A stretch of 64,000 nt of DNA from Thiohalocapsa sp. (GCA_028277725.1 JANQFX010000118.1:241-64240); one strand, 5' to 3'. Positions 40,649 to 50,868 are shown, counted from the stretch's first letter. The notes: generated by a model from the letters alone, not told the origin. Numbers and translations are program-made.

Positions 40649-42943
40649 GTGGCACGACGCAAATCCGCCCAAAGGGCCAAAGCGCAGGACCCGCACCGTC
40701 AGCGCGAGGCGAAGAAGTACGCCAACCCCATCCCAAGCCGGGAGTTCATTCTCGACACACTCACCGAGTACGGCGCTCCCATGGGCTTCCAGGAGGTCGC
40801 CGACGCCCTACAGCTCCACAGCGACGAGGACAAGGTGGCCCTCGAGCGCCGGCTGGGCGCGATGGTCCGCGACGGCCAGTTGGTGCGGAACCGCCGCGAC
40901 GCCTTCTGTCTGGTCAACAAGCGCGATCTCGTCGCCGGGCGCATCATCGCCCACCCGGATGGCTTCGGCTTCGTCAAACCGGACGAGGGCGGCGACGACC
41001 TCTATCTGTATCCCAAGGAGATGCGCACCGTTTTCCACGGCGACCGGGTGGTCGCCCGCGTAACGGGCCGCGACCGCCGTGGGCGCCTGGAGGGCTCGGT
41101 GGTGGAGATCCTGGAGCGCAGCACGCGTAGCGTCGTCGGTCGGCTCTACTCCGAGAGCGGCGTGGGACTCGTGGTGCCCGACAACAAGCGCATGACCCAC
41201 GAGGTCATCATCCCCAGCGACCGACTCATGGAAGCCGGGCAGGGCCAGATCGTGGTCGCGGAGATCACGGATCAGCCCACCAAGCGCACACCACCCATCG
41301 GTCGCATCGTCGAGGTGGTCGGCGACCACATGGGCCCGGGCATGGAGACGGACATCGCCATCCGCGCCCACGATCTGCCGGTGGACTGGCCCGAGGCGGT
41401 CGACGCCGAGATCGCCAACCTCGCCGAAGAAGTCCCCGAGCAGGCCAAGGCCGGGCGCACCGACCTGCGTGAGCTGCCGCTGGTCACCATCGATGGCGCC
41501 GACGCCCGCGATTTCGACGACGCGGTCTACTGCGAGCGTAAGCCCAAGGGCTGGAAGCTGCTGGTGTGCATCGCCGATGTCTCCGCCTATGTGGCGCCCG
41601 GCAGCGCACTGGATCAGGAGGCCATCAAGCGCGGCAACTCGGTCTACTTCCCGGACCGTGTGGTTCCGATGCTGCCGGAGGTACTCTCCAATGGCCTCTG
41701 CTCCATCAACCCGCACGTCGACCGGCTATGCATGACCTGCGAGCTGTACGTCAACCGCGAAGGCAGGGTCACGCGCTCGCGCTTCTTCGAGGGCGTCATG
41801 CGCTCCCATGCCCGGTTCACCTACGAGCAAGTCGCGGCGATGCTCGACGAGACCGACGCCGATCTGGCCGAGCAGCACGAGGCACTGCTGCCGCACCTGC
41901 ACGAGCTGAACGCGCTGTTCGAAGCCCTGCACGCGGCGCGTGCCACCCGCGGAGCCATCGAGTTCGACACCACCGAGGCCGAGTTCGTGTTCAACGATGC
42001 GCGGCGCATCGAGCGCATCGAGCCGTTGGTCCGGAACGACGCCCACCGCATCATCGAGGAGTGCATGCTCGCCGCTAACGTGGCCGCGGCCAGGCTCTTC
42101 GAGCGCAAGAAGATGCCCGCGCTCTACCGCATCCATGAGACGCCGAAGGAAGAGAAGCTCTCGGACCTGCGCGAGTTCCTCGGCGAAATGGGCCTGGCGC
42201 TGCCCGGCGGCAACAAGCCCACGGCGCAGGATTACGCGACGCTGCTCGCCTCGGTGAAGGGCCGCGCGGACGCGCACCTGATCCAGACCGTGCTGCTGCG
42301 CTCCATGCAGCAGGCCATGTACAGCTCGGATAACGCCGGCCACTTCGGCCTGGCCTACGACGCCTACACCCACTTCACCTCGCCCATCCGCCGCTATCCG
42401 GACCTCATCGTCCACCGCGTCATCAAACACATCCTCGCCGGCGGTACCGCGGCCAATCTGGACTACTCCAAGGCGGAGCTGCAGCAGATCGCCGAGGTCT
42501 GCTCCGGCACCGAGCGGCGCGCCGACGACGCCACCCGCGACGCCGAGAGTTGGCTCAAGTGCGAGTACATGCGCGACAAGCTGGGCGAGGAGTTCGACGG
42601 CACCATCACCAGCGTGCAGGGCTTCGGCCTGTTCGTGGAGCTGGACGAGATCTACATCGACGGGCTGGTGCATATCACCGCGCTGGACAACGACTACTAC
42701 CATTTCGATCCCGTCGGCCACCGCCTCTCGGGCGAGCGCACGGGCCAGGTCTATCGCCTCGGCGACCGGCTGCGGGTCAAGGTGGCCGCGGTGAACCTGG
42801 ACGAGCGCAAGATCGACTTCGTGCTGGCCCCGTCGGCACAGAAGTCTGCCGAAAAGGGTGCGAAGGCGCCGCCGAAGAAGCGCTCCCGCTCGTCTCGGCG
42901 CAAGCGCAAGGCCGCTGCGCCCGGCGCAGAACAGGAGTCCTGA
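40649..42943 (+). CDS. rnr: Ribonuclease R
   Basis: HPDGFGF, TIDGADARDFDDA, HFTSPIRRYPD, S1 domain and basic tail. GTG start with GGAG RBS. Confidence 0.97.
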   Translation: MARRKSAQRAKAQDPHRQREAKKYANPIPSREFILDTLTEYGAPMGFQEVADALQLHSDEDKVALERRLGAMVRDGQLVRNRRDAFCLVNKRDLVAGRIIAHPDGFGFVKPDEGGDDLYLYPKEMRTVFHGDRVVARVTGRDRRGRLEGSVVEILERSTRSVVGRLYSESGVGLVVPDNKRMTHEVIIPSDRLMEAGQGQIVVAEITDQPTKRTPPIGRIVEVVGDHMGPGMETDIAIRAHDLPVDWPEAVDAEIANLAEEVPEQAKAGRTDLRELPLVTIDGADARDFDDAVYCERKPKGWKLLVCIADVSAYVAPGSALDQEAIKRGNSVYFPDRVVPMLPEVLSNGLCSINPHVDRLCMTCELYVNREGRVTRSRFFEGVMRSHARFTYEQVAAMLDETDADLAEQHEALLPHLHELNALFEALHAARATRGAIEFDTTEAEFVFNDARRIERIEPLVRNDAHRIIEECMLAANVAAARLFERKKMPALYRIHETPKEEKLSDLREFLGEMGLALPGGNKPTAQDYATLLASVKGRADAHLIQTVLLRSMQQAMYSSDNAGHFGLAYDAYTHFTSPIRRYPDLIVHRVIKHILAGGTAANLDYSKAELQQIAEVCSGTERRADDATRDAESWLKCEYMRDKLGEEFDGTITSVQGFGLFVELDEIYIDGLVHITALDNDYYHFDPVGHRLSGERTGQVYRLGDRLRVKVAAVNLDERKIDFVLAPSAQKSAEKGAKAPPKKRSRSSRRKRKAAAPGAEQES

Positions 42944-42996
42944 CGAGGGCGTCTCCTTGGCCGCATGTTCGGTCTCCCCATCGACAGCTTGCAGCC

Positions 42997-43755
42997 ATGG
43001 CCGAACCTCGACCCAGCGACACCAGCCCGACCCTCGGCATCAATAGTGCGCGCAGTGCGCTCAAGTTCGGTGCCGAGCGGGTCGCCGAGCTCTGGCTGGA
43101 CCGCCGTCGTCGCGACCGCCGCCTGGCTGAGCTGGCCGCCGCGGCACGCGAGGCCAGTGTTCCGGTGCGGCAGGTGCAGCGTGAGGCCCTGGACCAGGCC
43201 GCCGGCGGTGCCAACCACCAGGGTGCCATCGCCTGGGTCCGCGGTAGCACGGCGCGACCGACCCAGGACCTGGATGGCCTGCTCGCGACGCTCAAGCATC
43301 CGCCGCTGCTGCTGATCCTCGACGGCGTCACCGACCCACACAACCTCGGCGCCTGCCTGCGTAGCGCCGACGGTGCCGGCGCCGATGCCGTCATCGCCCC
43401 CAAGGACAAGGCCGCCGGCTTGACCCCCGTGGCCGTCAAGGTGGCGAGCGGCGCGGCGGAATCCGTCCCCTTCGTGCCGGTCACCAATCTGGCGCGGACC
43501 CTGGCCCGGTTGAAGGACGCCGGTGTCTGGCTGGTGGGCACCGCAGACAACGCCGAGGCGAGCCTGTTCGAGGCCGACCTGCGTGGCCCGATGGGGCTAG
43601 TGCTGGGCGGGGAAGGCAGCGGCATGCGTCGGCTGACCCGCGAGCACTGCGACTTGCTGGTGCGTCTGCCCATGCGCGGCCGGGTCGAGAGCCTGAACGT
43701 GTCCGTCGCCGCCGGCGTTTGTCTCTACGAGGCCCTGCGTCAGAGAGGCGGTTGA
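42997..43755 (+). CDS. rlmB: 23S rRNA (G2251-2'-O)-methyltransferase RlmB
   Basis: Motifs HQG, LDGVTDPHNLGACLRS, GGEGSG and ESLNVS. Follows rnr. Confidence 0.95.
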   Translation: MAEPRPSDTSPTLGINSARSALKFGAERVAELWLDRRRRDRRLAELAAAAREASVPVRQVQREALDQAAGGANHQGAIAWVRGSTARPTQDLDGLLATLKHPPLLLILDGVTDPHNLGACLRSADGAGADAVIAPKDKAAGLTPVAVKVASGAAESVPFVPVTNLARTLARLKDAGVWLVGTADNAEASLFEADLRGPMGLVLGGEGSGMRRLTREHCDLLVRLPMRGRVESLNVSVAAGVCLYEALRQRGG

Positions 43756-43862
43756 TGGGGCGTCCGATGTGATTTGATGCTCGGTGTCGGGCTCGATCAC
43801 CCAGCCCTACCGTTGTTCGACCCAGCGCAGCGCCGCACCCGGTGGAGGCCCGAGGTCTCTGG

Positions 43863-44711
43863 TCATCGCCGCGCGGTCTGGGGTTCATCTCGCGGCCATG
43901 CCGCCCGATTGCCGCCGTCGAACAGCAGCGCCTGCGCCGCACGGCTCGCGCTGTCGATGATGCGCAGTCGTCGCGCGCCGCCCCGTTCGCCGTCCGGGTC
44001 GGTGCAGACGAGTTCGCAGAGCCGGTCGGTCGGCGACTCGAAGTCGCAGTGGCTGGCACCCCTGACTCGCTGCACGCGCGCGCCGGCGGCCGCGACGTAG
44101 ACCGCCGCGCCGTTGCCGTCGGCGTTGCAGTTGGCGGGCTCACCGGCGATGGCGAACAGCGGCTTGTCCAGCGCCCGCGCCGCGCCGAGGCCGAGGTCGC
44201 CGGCATCCACCAGGTCCAGGGTCAGTACGCCGACCGTGTCTCGATCCTCGCGCGCCGCGAGCAGGGCTGCCAGTCCACCGGCGGAAAAGCCGGCATAGAC
44301 CACGCGCTCCGCCCCCAGGTGCCGCGCCAGCGCCAGCATGTCCCGGCTGTTCTGCACGTGGCGGCCGGCCCAGGGTTTTTGGTTGCAGAAGTCGAGCGTA
44401 GCGACGCGCAGCCCTTCCCCTGCCATGCGCGCCGCGAGGTCTTGCATCCGCGCCTGGCCGCGCAGGAAGCCGTGCGCCAGGAGCACCCAGTCGGTTGTGG
44501 CACCGAGAGGCTCGGTTGGCACGAAGGTGCTGTAGTCCAGCACGCAGCCGGTGCTGGAGGCGATGCGCCCGCGCGTCAGCTCGACCCCGTCGGACAGCAT
44601 CACGGTGTCGTCCCCCGGCGAGGCGTCGCCACGCAGCAGCAGGCCGCCGCACCCCGCCAGCAGCAGGATGGTCAGAACAGCCGGGACGAGTCGTTGCAGG
44701 GGACAGGGCAT
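43863..44711 (-). CDS. Alpha/beta hydrolase lipoprotein
   Basis: Lipobox LAGC, HGF, GFSAGG nucleophile elbow and 'SHCDFE'. Confidence 0.75.
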   Translation of the reverse strand: MPCPLQRLVPAVLTILLLAGCGGLLLRGDASPGDDTVMLSDGVELTRGRIASSTGCVLDYSTFVPTEPLGATTDWVLLAHGFLRGQARMQDLAARMAGEGLRVATLDFCNQKPWAGRHVQNSRDMLALARHLGAERVVYAGFSAGGLAALLAAREDRDTVGVLTLDLVDAGDLGLGAARALDKPLFAIAGEPANCNADGNGAAVYVAAAGARVQRVRGASHCDFESPTDRLCELVCTDPDGERGGARRLRIIDSASRAAQALLFDGGNRAAWPRDEPQTARR

Positions 44712-44807
44712 GGCGGTTAGGTGATTGCAGGCCGGCTAGACTGCAACCTGCCCCGGTGCCCGGACGTCTCTGCTGCGCGGCCCATCGCAGGCGGGTAAGC
44801 TTGCCCA

Positions 44808-46556
44808 ATGCCCGCCAACCCATCGCCACATCGACCCCCTGCGACCGATGCGGCACCCGTGCGCATCCGCCGACGCGCGGAGCACGCGACGGCTCCGGCC
44901 AACCTCTATGCATTGCTGACCCGCCTGTACGAGCATCGCGGCGATGGCGCGCCCGCCACCAGCCTTGCCGAGCTGTTGCCGGTTGGCGGCTTTCTCGGAA
45001 TGGACGCGGCGGCCTGCCTGCTCGCGGACCAGATCCAGCGCGGCGGCGGCATCCTGATCGTCGGCGACTACGACGCGGACGGCGCCACCGGGAGTGCCGT
45101 GGCCCTGCTCGGGCTGCGGGCGCTGGGTGCAACGTGGATGGACCACCTGACGCCGAGCCGCTTCCGGCACGGCTACGGGTTGAGCCCGGCCGTCGCCGAT
45201 GCCGCGGCGGAGCGCCGGCCGGACCTGATCGTCACCGTCGACAACGGCATTGCCAGCCTCGCCGGCGTGGCACGCGCCGCCGAGCACGGCATCCCGGTGT
45301 TGGTCACGGACCACCACCTGCCGGGCGCCGAGCTGCCGGCCGCCGCCGCCATCGTCAACCCGAACCAGCCCGGTTGTGCCTTCCCGAGCAAACACATCGC
45401 GGGCTGCGGCGTCATGTTCTATCTCCTGGCGGCGACCCGCGCCGAGCTCAACCGGCGCGGCTGGTTCGCCACCCGGCCGTCGCCGAATCTCGCCACGCTG
45501 CTCGATCTGGTCGCGCTGGGTACCGTCGCCGACGTCGTCTCGCTCGATCGCAACAACCGCATCCTGGTGGAGCAGGGCCTGCGGCGCATTCGCGCCGGTG
45601 CCTGCCGTCCGGGACTGCGGGCGCTGCTCGAGATCGCCGGTGGACGGGTCGAGGGCGTCACCGCCCGTGACCTCGGCTTTGCCGCGGGTCCCCGGCTCAA
45701 CGCCGCCGGCCGGCTCGACGACATGGGCGTCGGCGTCGAGTGTTTGACCACCGACGACCCGATCAGGGCCATGCGACTGGCCCAACGGCTGAACGGCCTG
45801 AACGGGGAGCGGCGGGAACTGGAGCACCGTATCCTGGACGAGGCGGTGGCCCTGGTGGAGCGCGATGCCGCAAACCAGGGCACCCCACCGCCGGCGCTCT
45901 GTGTGCATGGTGCGCAGTGGCACGAGGGCGTCATCGGTATCGTCGCGGCCCGTCTGCGTGAGCGTTGGCACCGGCCGACCATCGTCTTCGCGGACGGCGG
46001 GGACGGGCTGTTGCGCGGCTCGGCGCGCTCCATCGACCAGCTGCACATCCGCGACGCCATCGACGCGGTGGACAAGCGCCACCCGGGGCTCATCGTCCGC
46101 TTCGGTGGCCACGCCATGGCGGCCGGGCTCAGCCTGCCTCGGGACGGGCTCCAGGACTTCCGCGCCGCCTTCTCGACAGAGGTGGCTCGCCAGCTCGGTG
46201 CCGAGCTGGCGGCGCGCGAGATCCTGTCCGACGGAGAGCTGCCGGCGCCGTTGATGACCCTGCACACGGCCGATGCCCTGCGGCGCTCAGGCCCCTGGGG
46301 CAAGGGCTTCGCGGAGCCCATGTTCGACGGCGTTTTTGCCGTGACCCAGACCCGCATCGCAGCCGACCGGCACCTGAAGCTGCGCGTGCAGCTCGCCGAC
46401 GTGCCGCCGCTGGAGGCCATCGGTTTCCACCTGGCCGAACGGCGAGACCTGGTGGCCGGGCGGGTGCGCCTCGCCTACCGGCTGGAGATCAACGACTACC
46501 GCGGTCTGAGATCGCCGCAGCTGGTGTTCGAGCACCTGGAGCCGGTTCTGGACTGA
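44808..46556 (+). CDS. recJ: ssDNA exonuclease RecJ
   Basis: Motifs GDYDADG, TVDNG, TDHH, GTVAD, PRLNAAGR and GGHAMAAG. Confidence 0.96.
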   Translation: MPANPSPHRPPATDAAPVRIRRRAEHATAPANLYALLTRLYEHRGDGAPATSLAELLPVGGFLGMDAAACLLADQIQRGGGILIVGDYDADGATGSAVALLGLRALGATWMDHLTPSRFRHGYGLSPAVADAAAERRPDLIVTVDNGIASLAGVARAAEHGIPVLVTDHHLPGAELPAAAAIVNPNQPGCAFPSKHIAGCGVMFYLLAATRAELNRRGWFATRPSPNLATLLDLVALGTVADVVSLDRNNRILVEQGLRRIRAGACRPGLRALLEIAGGRVEGVTARDLGFAAGPRLNAAGRLDDMGVGVECLTTDDPIRAMRLAQRLNGLNGERRELEHRILDEAVALVERDAANQGTPPPALCVHGAQWHEGVIGIVAARLRERWHRPTIVFADGGDGLLRGSARSIDQLHIRDAIDAVDKRHPGLIVRFGGHAMAAGLSLPRDGLQDFRAAFSTEVARQLGAELAAREILSDGELPAPLMTLHTADALRRSGPWGKGFAEPMFDGVFAVTQTRIAADRHLKLRVQLADVPPLEAIGFHLAERRDLVAGRVRLAYRLEINDYRGLRSPQLVFEHLEPVLD

Positions 46557-46708
46557 GATTGGCAAGCCATTGGTTCGCACTGCCGCGCCCAAGGTGCGCA
46601 AACAACAGCCACCGCTGTTGGCTTCCGAATGGTGTTCGTCGTGCGTCGGCGCCGTGCTGCGAGCAGACGCCGCCCGTGGGCGGTTCGTCGCAGGCAACCG
46701 CGCGGGGC

Positions 46709-47130
46709 TCAACCCCGCCCGAGCTGGCGGAGCGCCCAGGCGAGCACCCGCCGCAATCTGGGGTTGAACAAGCGCTCCGCCTCCTCGGCGCCCACCCAGC
46801 GGAACTCGTGGTGTTCCGGCTCACCCAGTTCCGGGCTCACGGGCAGGTGCACCTCGCCCGGCGTTGCCTCCGCCAGGTAGTAGCGGGCGATTTTGCCGCG
46901 GCCGTAGCGCTCGGTCTCGATGAAGTCCTGACCCCAGCGCAGTTGGAAACCGTCGAGCCCCGTTTCTTCCCGTGCCTCGCGCAGTGCCGCGGCGAGTGGG
47001 GCCTCGCCGGGGTCCAGCTCGCCCTTGGGGAAGTCCCAGTATCGACTATCTCAGCGGGCGCGAGGGTGATTCGGGCGCGATGTCGACGATGGGAACGCCC
47101 AAGCCGAATCGTCTCCCGCGGGAGTCAGTG
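46709..47130 (-). pseudogene. Frameshifted NUDIX hydrolase (Ap4A-hydrolase-like)
   Basis: 47050-46709 translates RYWDFPKGELDPGEAPLAAALREAREETG (Nudix box)...EHHEFRW with no start codon and an in-frame TGA just upstream. A degenerate N-terminal strand lies in another frame. Confidence 0.75.
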
Positions 47131-47353
47131 CGGGCCCGCGGCTTCGGAGGGGTGAGTCGCTCGGGGACGACTGGAGGCGCGTCCGGGGCAATGGGAGGGG
47201 GCCGGATGGCGCGGGATACTCGCGTGAGGCGATGGAGGTCGGCCGTCCCTGGCCTGAGCAAGCGCAGGCATCCAGCCCGGCCCGACGGTCCCTGTCAGGA
47301 GAGCATCAGGGCATCTCGAAAAATGCCACGGAAGGCATTCTTCGAGTTCCACA

Positions 47354-48625
47354 TCAGAACTCGACGGCGAGCTGGGCCAGGATGCTGTCGGCGCTCTTGC
47401 CGGTTCCGCCGATATTCTCGAACTCGCCGTCCGCGTTGAGTTCGAGCTTCTCGTCGTAGTCGTTGTCGTGGCGGTACTGCAACGAGAAGGTGGTGTTATC
47501 GAAGACACCGATAGACCAACCCACCAGCAGGCTGTCCTTCGGCAGATCCAGGCCCAGGGCCTCGTCCGTGCCCTGATAGGCGATGGCGACGACGTTCTCG
47601 TAGCCACGCACCTCGAAGGTGTAGCCGGCTTCCAGGTTCCAGGCCGAGGGCTGGGCGCCCTTGTCGTGGTAGGACAGGCTGTCCGGGTCGAAGCGGTCGG
47701 CGGCGGACAGATACTCGCCGATCAGGTCGAAGCCGCGGTACGTGACCAGGAGGTTGGCGGTCCAGCCAGCGGTGCGGTCCAGCGGGTCGGTGCTGAAGGT
47801 ATCGGCCCGGGTGTCCTCGTCCTCGATCAGCTCCTCCAGGGTCGCGTTGCGGTTGTCGTTGACCGTGTCCTGGAGCGAGTCGGAATCGCCCAGGTCGTTG
47901 ATGTAACCGGCGCCGACACCGATGCCCCAGTCGTCATTCTCCCAGGCGTAGTTGAGGTTGGCACCCCAGCTGTCGATGCGGCTCTTGCCCTTGACCTTGT
48001 TGTCGCCGTTGAACGCGTACACGCTGCCGCCGAAGCCCTCGTAGACGAAGCCGAGCTGCGCGGCGGTCTCGCGGGTCTCGCCGATTTCGAGCGTCAGCGG
48101 GTCATCGATCAGGTTGGTCTCGTAGGCGCCGAAGGGCACGTAGAACTGGCCGGCGGTGAGGAACACCGGCGCGACGTCCGGGTTGTAGATGGTGATGAAA
48201 GCGAGGTCGACTTCCAGATCGGTGTCGTCTTCTTCATACAGCAGGGAGGCGCCGACCTCGACCCAATCCGTGACCTGGGAGGCGATGCCAAGCTCGAAGG
48301 TGGCCAGGACGATGTCGGACTCGGAGGGGCCATCGTAGGGCTCGAAGTAGCCCGCCTCCACCTCGATGAGGCCCGCGATCTCGATGCCCTCGAACCAGCC
48401 CGCGGCTTCGCCACGCTTCTTTTCGATGGCTTCGCCGAGCTTCTTGACGCGGCCGGGTGCACCTTCCAAGGCTTGCTTCTGTTCCGCCAGCTGGGTCGCC
48501 TGGCGGGCGTTCTCACGCTCCAATTGCTCGACGCGCTGTTCCAGGGTCATCTGAGCAACGGCCTGGGAGGAGGCCGCGCCGGCGATGGCGAGGGCGACGG
48601 CACCGGCGAGATGCTTGAGTTTCAT
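47354..48625 (-). CDS. LbtU-family outer-membrane (siderophore/iron) porin
   Basis: Signal peptide, N-terminal coiled coil, 'GLIEVEA', 'LLYEED', 'GQFYVPFGAYETNLIDDPLTLEIGETRE' and terminal Phe. Confidence 0.75.
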   Translation of the reverse strand: MKLKHLAGAVALAIAGAASSQAVAQMTLEQRVEQLERENARQATQLAEQKQALEGAPGRVKKLGEAIEKKRGEAAGWFEGIEIAGLIEVEAGYFEPYDGPSESDIVLATFELGIASQVTDWVEVGASLLYEEDDTDLEVDLAFITIYNPDVAPVFLTAGQFYVPFGAYETNLIDDPLTLEIGETRETAAQLGFVYEGFGGSVYAFNGDNKVKGKSRIDSWGANLNYAWENDDWGIGVGAGYINDLGDSDSLQDTVNDNRNATLEELIEDEDTRADTFSTDPLDRTAGWTANLLVTYRGFDLIGEYLSAADRFDPDSLSYHDKGAQPSAWNLEAGYTFEVRGYENVVAIAYQGTDEALGLDLPKDSLLVGWSIGVFDNTTFSLQYRHDNDYDEKLELNADGEFENIGGTGKSADSILAQLAVEF

Positions 48626-48664
48626 GTGCGTTCTCCAAGGATACAAGCGTTGTAAAAAAGCGTC

Positions 48665-48683
48665 ATAGGACAAATTGTCCTAT
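48665..48683. promoter_or_regulatory. Perfect 9-1-9 palindrome, putative operator
   Basis: ATAGGACAA-A-TTGTCCTAT lies 40 bp upstream of the porin start. Confidence 0.55.
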
Positions 48684-48761
48684 TAAAAGCACTAATGATA
48701 GTACGGACGTGTCGCATTTGCACGATGATTAAGGAGAAAACAACACAAAGACGCGGGGTGT

Positions 48762-48775
48762 TTGATCTTCGTCAA
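48762..48775. promoter_or_regulatory. Putative FNR/CRP-family box
   Basis: TTGATCTTCGTCAA has one mismatch to TTGAT-N4-ATCAA. Confidence 0.5.
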
Positions 48776-49172
48776 GGTTGGCCGTGGTGCCAAGTTGCGC
48801 TGTTGTGAAATGGCAACTCGAAAGCCTATCCCTTGTTCGCTTGCGCAGATCGCGCGAGCGGCTTGATTACGGCGGAGCCGTGTTCTCAAGTGTCGCTTTC
48901 AGGCAACTGATGAAGGGCCCGCATGCCCGTGCCGACGCGCGCGCGGGCGGGATGACAGAGCCAGTGCTTGCCGGCGTCCTGCTGTGTCTGATGTGGCACA
49001 GGCGGCCTTGATGGCACGCTCGCCGGTGCTGCGGCCGAGCGTCGGTGGCAGGGGCGCGGGGCGTTGAGGCCAAGCCAGGCGGGAACGCGCTGTCGAGTCG
49101 CGCCCAGGGCCGTCGTTGATGGGGCGCGCCGGCCGCCGAGAGGCGGCGGCCGCCGGCCCACGGTCGCGTGAC

Positions 49173-49961
49173 TTACAGATCGGCGGCGTTGATCCAGAGC
49201 ACCGCGTCCTGGGACAGCTCCTTGCCCTCATGCTCCGTCGCCGGGCCGGAGCCCAGGCAGGCGAATCCCCAGACGCCCGCGCGCGGGATGCCGAAGGTGA
49301 ACATGCCGTTGTCGTCGGTGATGGCCGAGACGGCGGTGGCCGGCGGATCGATTTGGGTGTCCTTGCCGAAGGCGTTGGCCTCCAGGTCGACGGCCGTGTT
49401 GATCCACTCGACCTCGCACTCGACGCCGCCGGCGGGTTTGCCATCGGAGAGCAGCTGACCGGTGAAGGTGCCGCCGGCGAAGACCTGGTAGGGCTTGTTC
49501 ATGGGCACGATCTCGGTGGCCAGCCCGAGGGGCTCGTTCCAGCCGGTGGGCATGGCGCCCTTGTTGACCATGGCCTTGGTGATCTGCTGGATGTAGATGT
49601 CTTCGGCGGATTCCATATAGGGTGCGGGCACGACGCCGAAGATATAGTCGCCGTTGCGGACGACCTTGTAGGCGGCGGTGTAGGCGTCGGCGGCCTCCTC
49701 GCCGGTGCCCTGCCATTTCACGGCCTGGAGGCTGTCCTTGAGGTCCGTCTTCTCGCCCTTGAAGACGACGAAGAACTCCTCCGGTTCGCCCATGTCCATG
49801 ACGTGGCCATTGTCCATCGGGTGGCCGAAGACCAGGGCGAGCGGGATCTCGCCCGGCTTCTCCAGCATGACCTCCGGCGTGTAGAGGAGCTGGAAGTGCG
49901 CCTGGGCGCCGCCGGCGATGGTGGTGGCCGCCGCCGCGGCGAGCAGGGTAGAGGTTTTCAT
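49173..49961 (-). CDS. DUF4198 domain periplasmic metal-binding protein
   Basis: Signal peptide AQA|HFQ, 'FGHP', 'PAPY.E..ED.YIQQITK', 'EIVP..KPY', 'G.WGFA' and 'QDAVLW'. Confidence 0.8.
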   Translation of the reverse strand: MKTSTLLAAAAATTIAGGAQAHFQLLYTPEVMLEKPGEIPLALVFGHPMDNGHVMDMGEPEEFFVVFKGEKTDLKDSLQAVKWQGTGEEAADAYTAAYKVVRNGDYIFGVVPAPYMESAEDIYIQQITKAMVNKGAMPTGWNEPLGLATEIVPMNKPYQVFAGGTFTGQLLSDGKPAGGVECEVEWINTAVDLEANAFGKDTQIDPPATAVSAITDDNGMFTFGIPRAGVWGFACLGSGPATEHEGKELSQDAVLWINAADL

Positions 49962-50194
49962 GTCGCGTGGTTCTCCGTGATGGGTGTGGTTGGCGGCCGG
50001 TCTGGCCTATCGGTGTTGAGTGGTCGGGTCGATGCGAACGGGTACCTGTCGGCCACGGTTGCAGACGGCCCAGGGGCAGATGGCACCTGAGTTGCCGTGT
50101 CCGACGTCGGGGAGCGGGGCTGGCGGCGGCTGGCCCCGCCGGGCGGCGCGATCGGGTGGGCCGATCGCGTGACCGGGATGGACGGTGCAGGGTG

Positions 50195-50509
50195 CTACTC
50201 GACGATGTCCTCGCCGGCGATCTCGACCTCATGGCCGGGGCCGGCGTCGAAGACCACCTTGTAGTCGCCATCGGGCTTGTCGAACTCGAACTCGCTCTGT
50301 TCGCTCATTTCGCCTTCGAGGATCGGGTTGCCACTGTCGTCCAGCACCCGAATGGCGACCCCGGCGGCGGACGAGCCATCGGAGAATCCGCCCTCGCACA
50401 GCACGGTACCGTCTCCCAGGTCGTAACAGGAACAGAGCGGCGTGTGGGCGAAGGCCACAGGGCAAAATAGCGCGGTGACGGCTAGGGCGCTGCGGAGTCG
50501 GTGTCTCAA
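50195..50509 (-). CDS. Small periplasmic protein, FpvJ/NikL-like
   Basis: AAGGAG RBS and TTG start; AFA|HTPLCSC...CEGGFSDGS...FDAGPGH. Confidence 0.7.
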   Translation of the reverse strand: MRHRLRSALAVTALFCPVAFAHTPLCSCYDLGDGTVLCEGGFSDGSSAAGVAIRVLDDSGNPILEGEMSEQSEFEFDKPDGDYKVVFDAGPGHEVEIAGEDIVE

Positions 50510-50609
50510 GGCGGTCTCCTTAGGAGGTGGGCTGAGGTCTGCTGTCGGCGCGGATGGGCCGACAGGCCGACGATCACCCCAGAGCTTACATGGCGATTGC
50601 TTGAGTGTA

Positions 50610-50628
50610 AATAGCAGTTATTCGCATT
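50610..50628. promoter_or_regulatory. Putative Fur box in the divergent promoter region
   Basis: AATAGCAGTTATTCGCATT (reverse AATGCGAATAACTGCTATT), flanked by TA...TA, between the two arms. Confidence 0.6.
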
Positions 50629-50868
50629 TACTTGATTGCCTTGTTCAGGTACAGTGTTTGCTGCACTGCATCCAACGCACTGAATGTCTGCCGTGGGCGC
50701 CAGCGGGCGCATCAGGTCGCGCGGACACGCATGCGCCATCCCACCGAACACGGGTAGCCACCGAATGTCCCACCCCGCCCACGCCACCTCGGATCGAGCC
50801 GACCCAGCCCTGGCACCGTCGCGCACGCGCGTTGACGCTTGCGCGATGGACTCCGGAGGTCTCGCGCC

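Noticed and set aside
49173-50509. Complete Ni/Co ECF transporter or cobalamin riboswitch
   Set aside because: No CbiM/NikM, Q or O components and no B12-box motifs were seen; the context is Fur-like box and feo.
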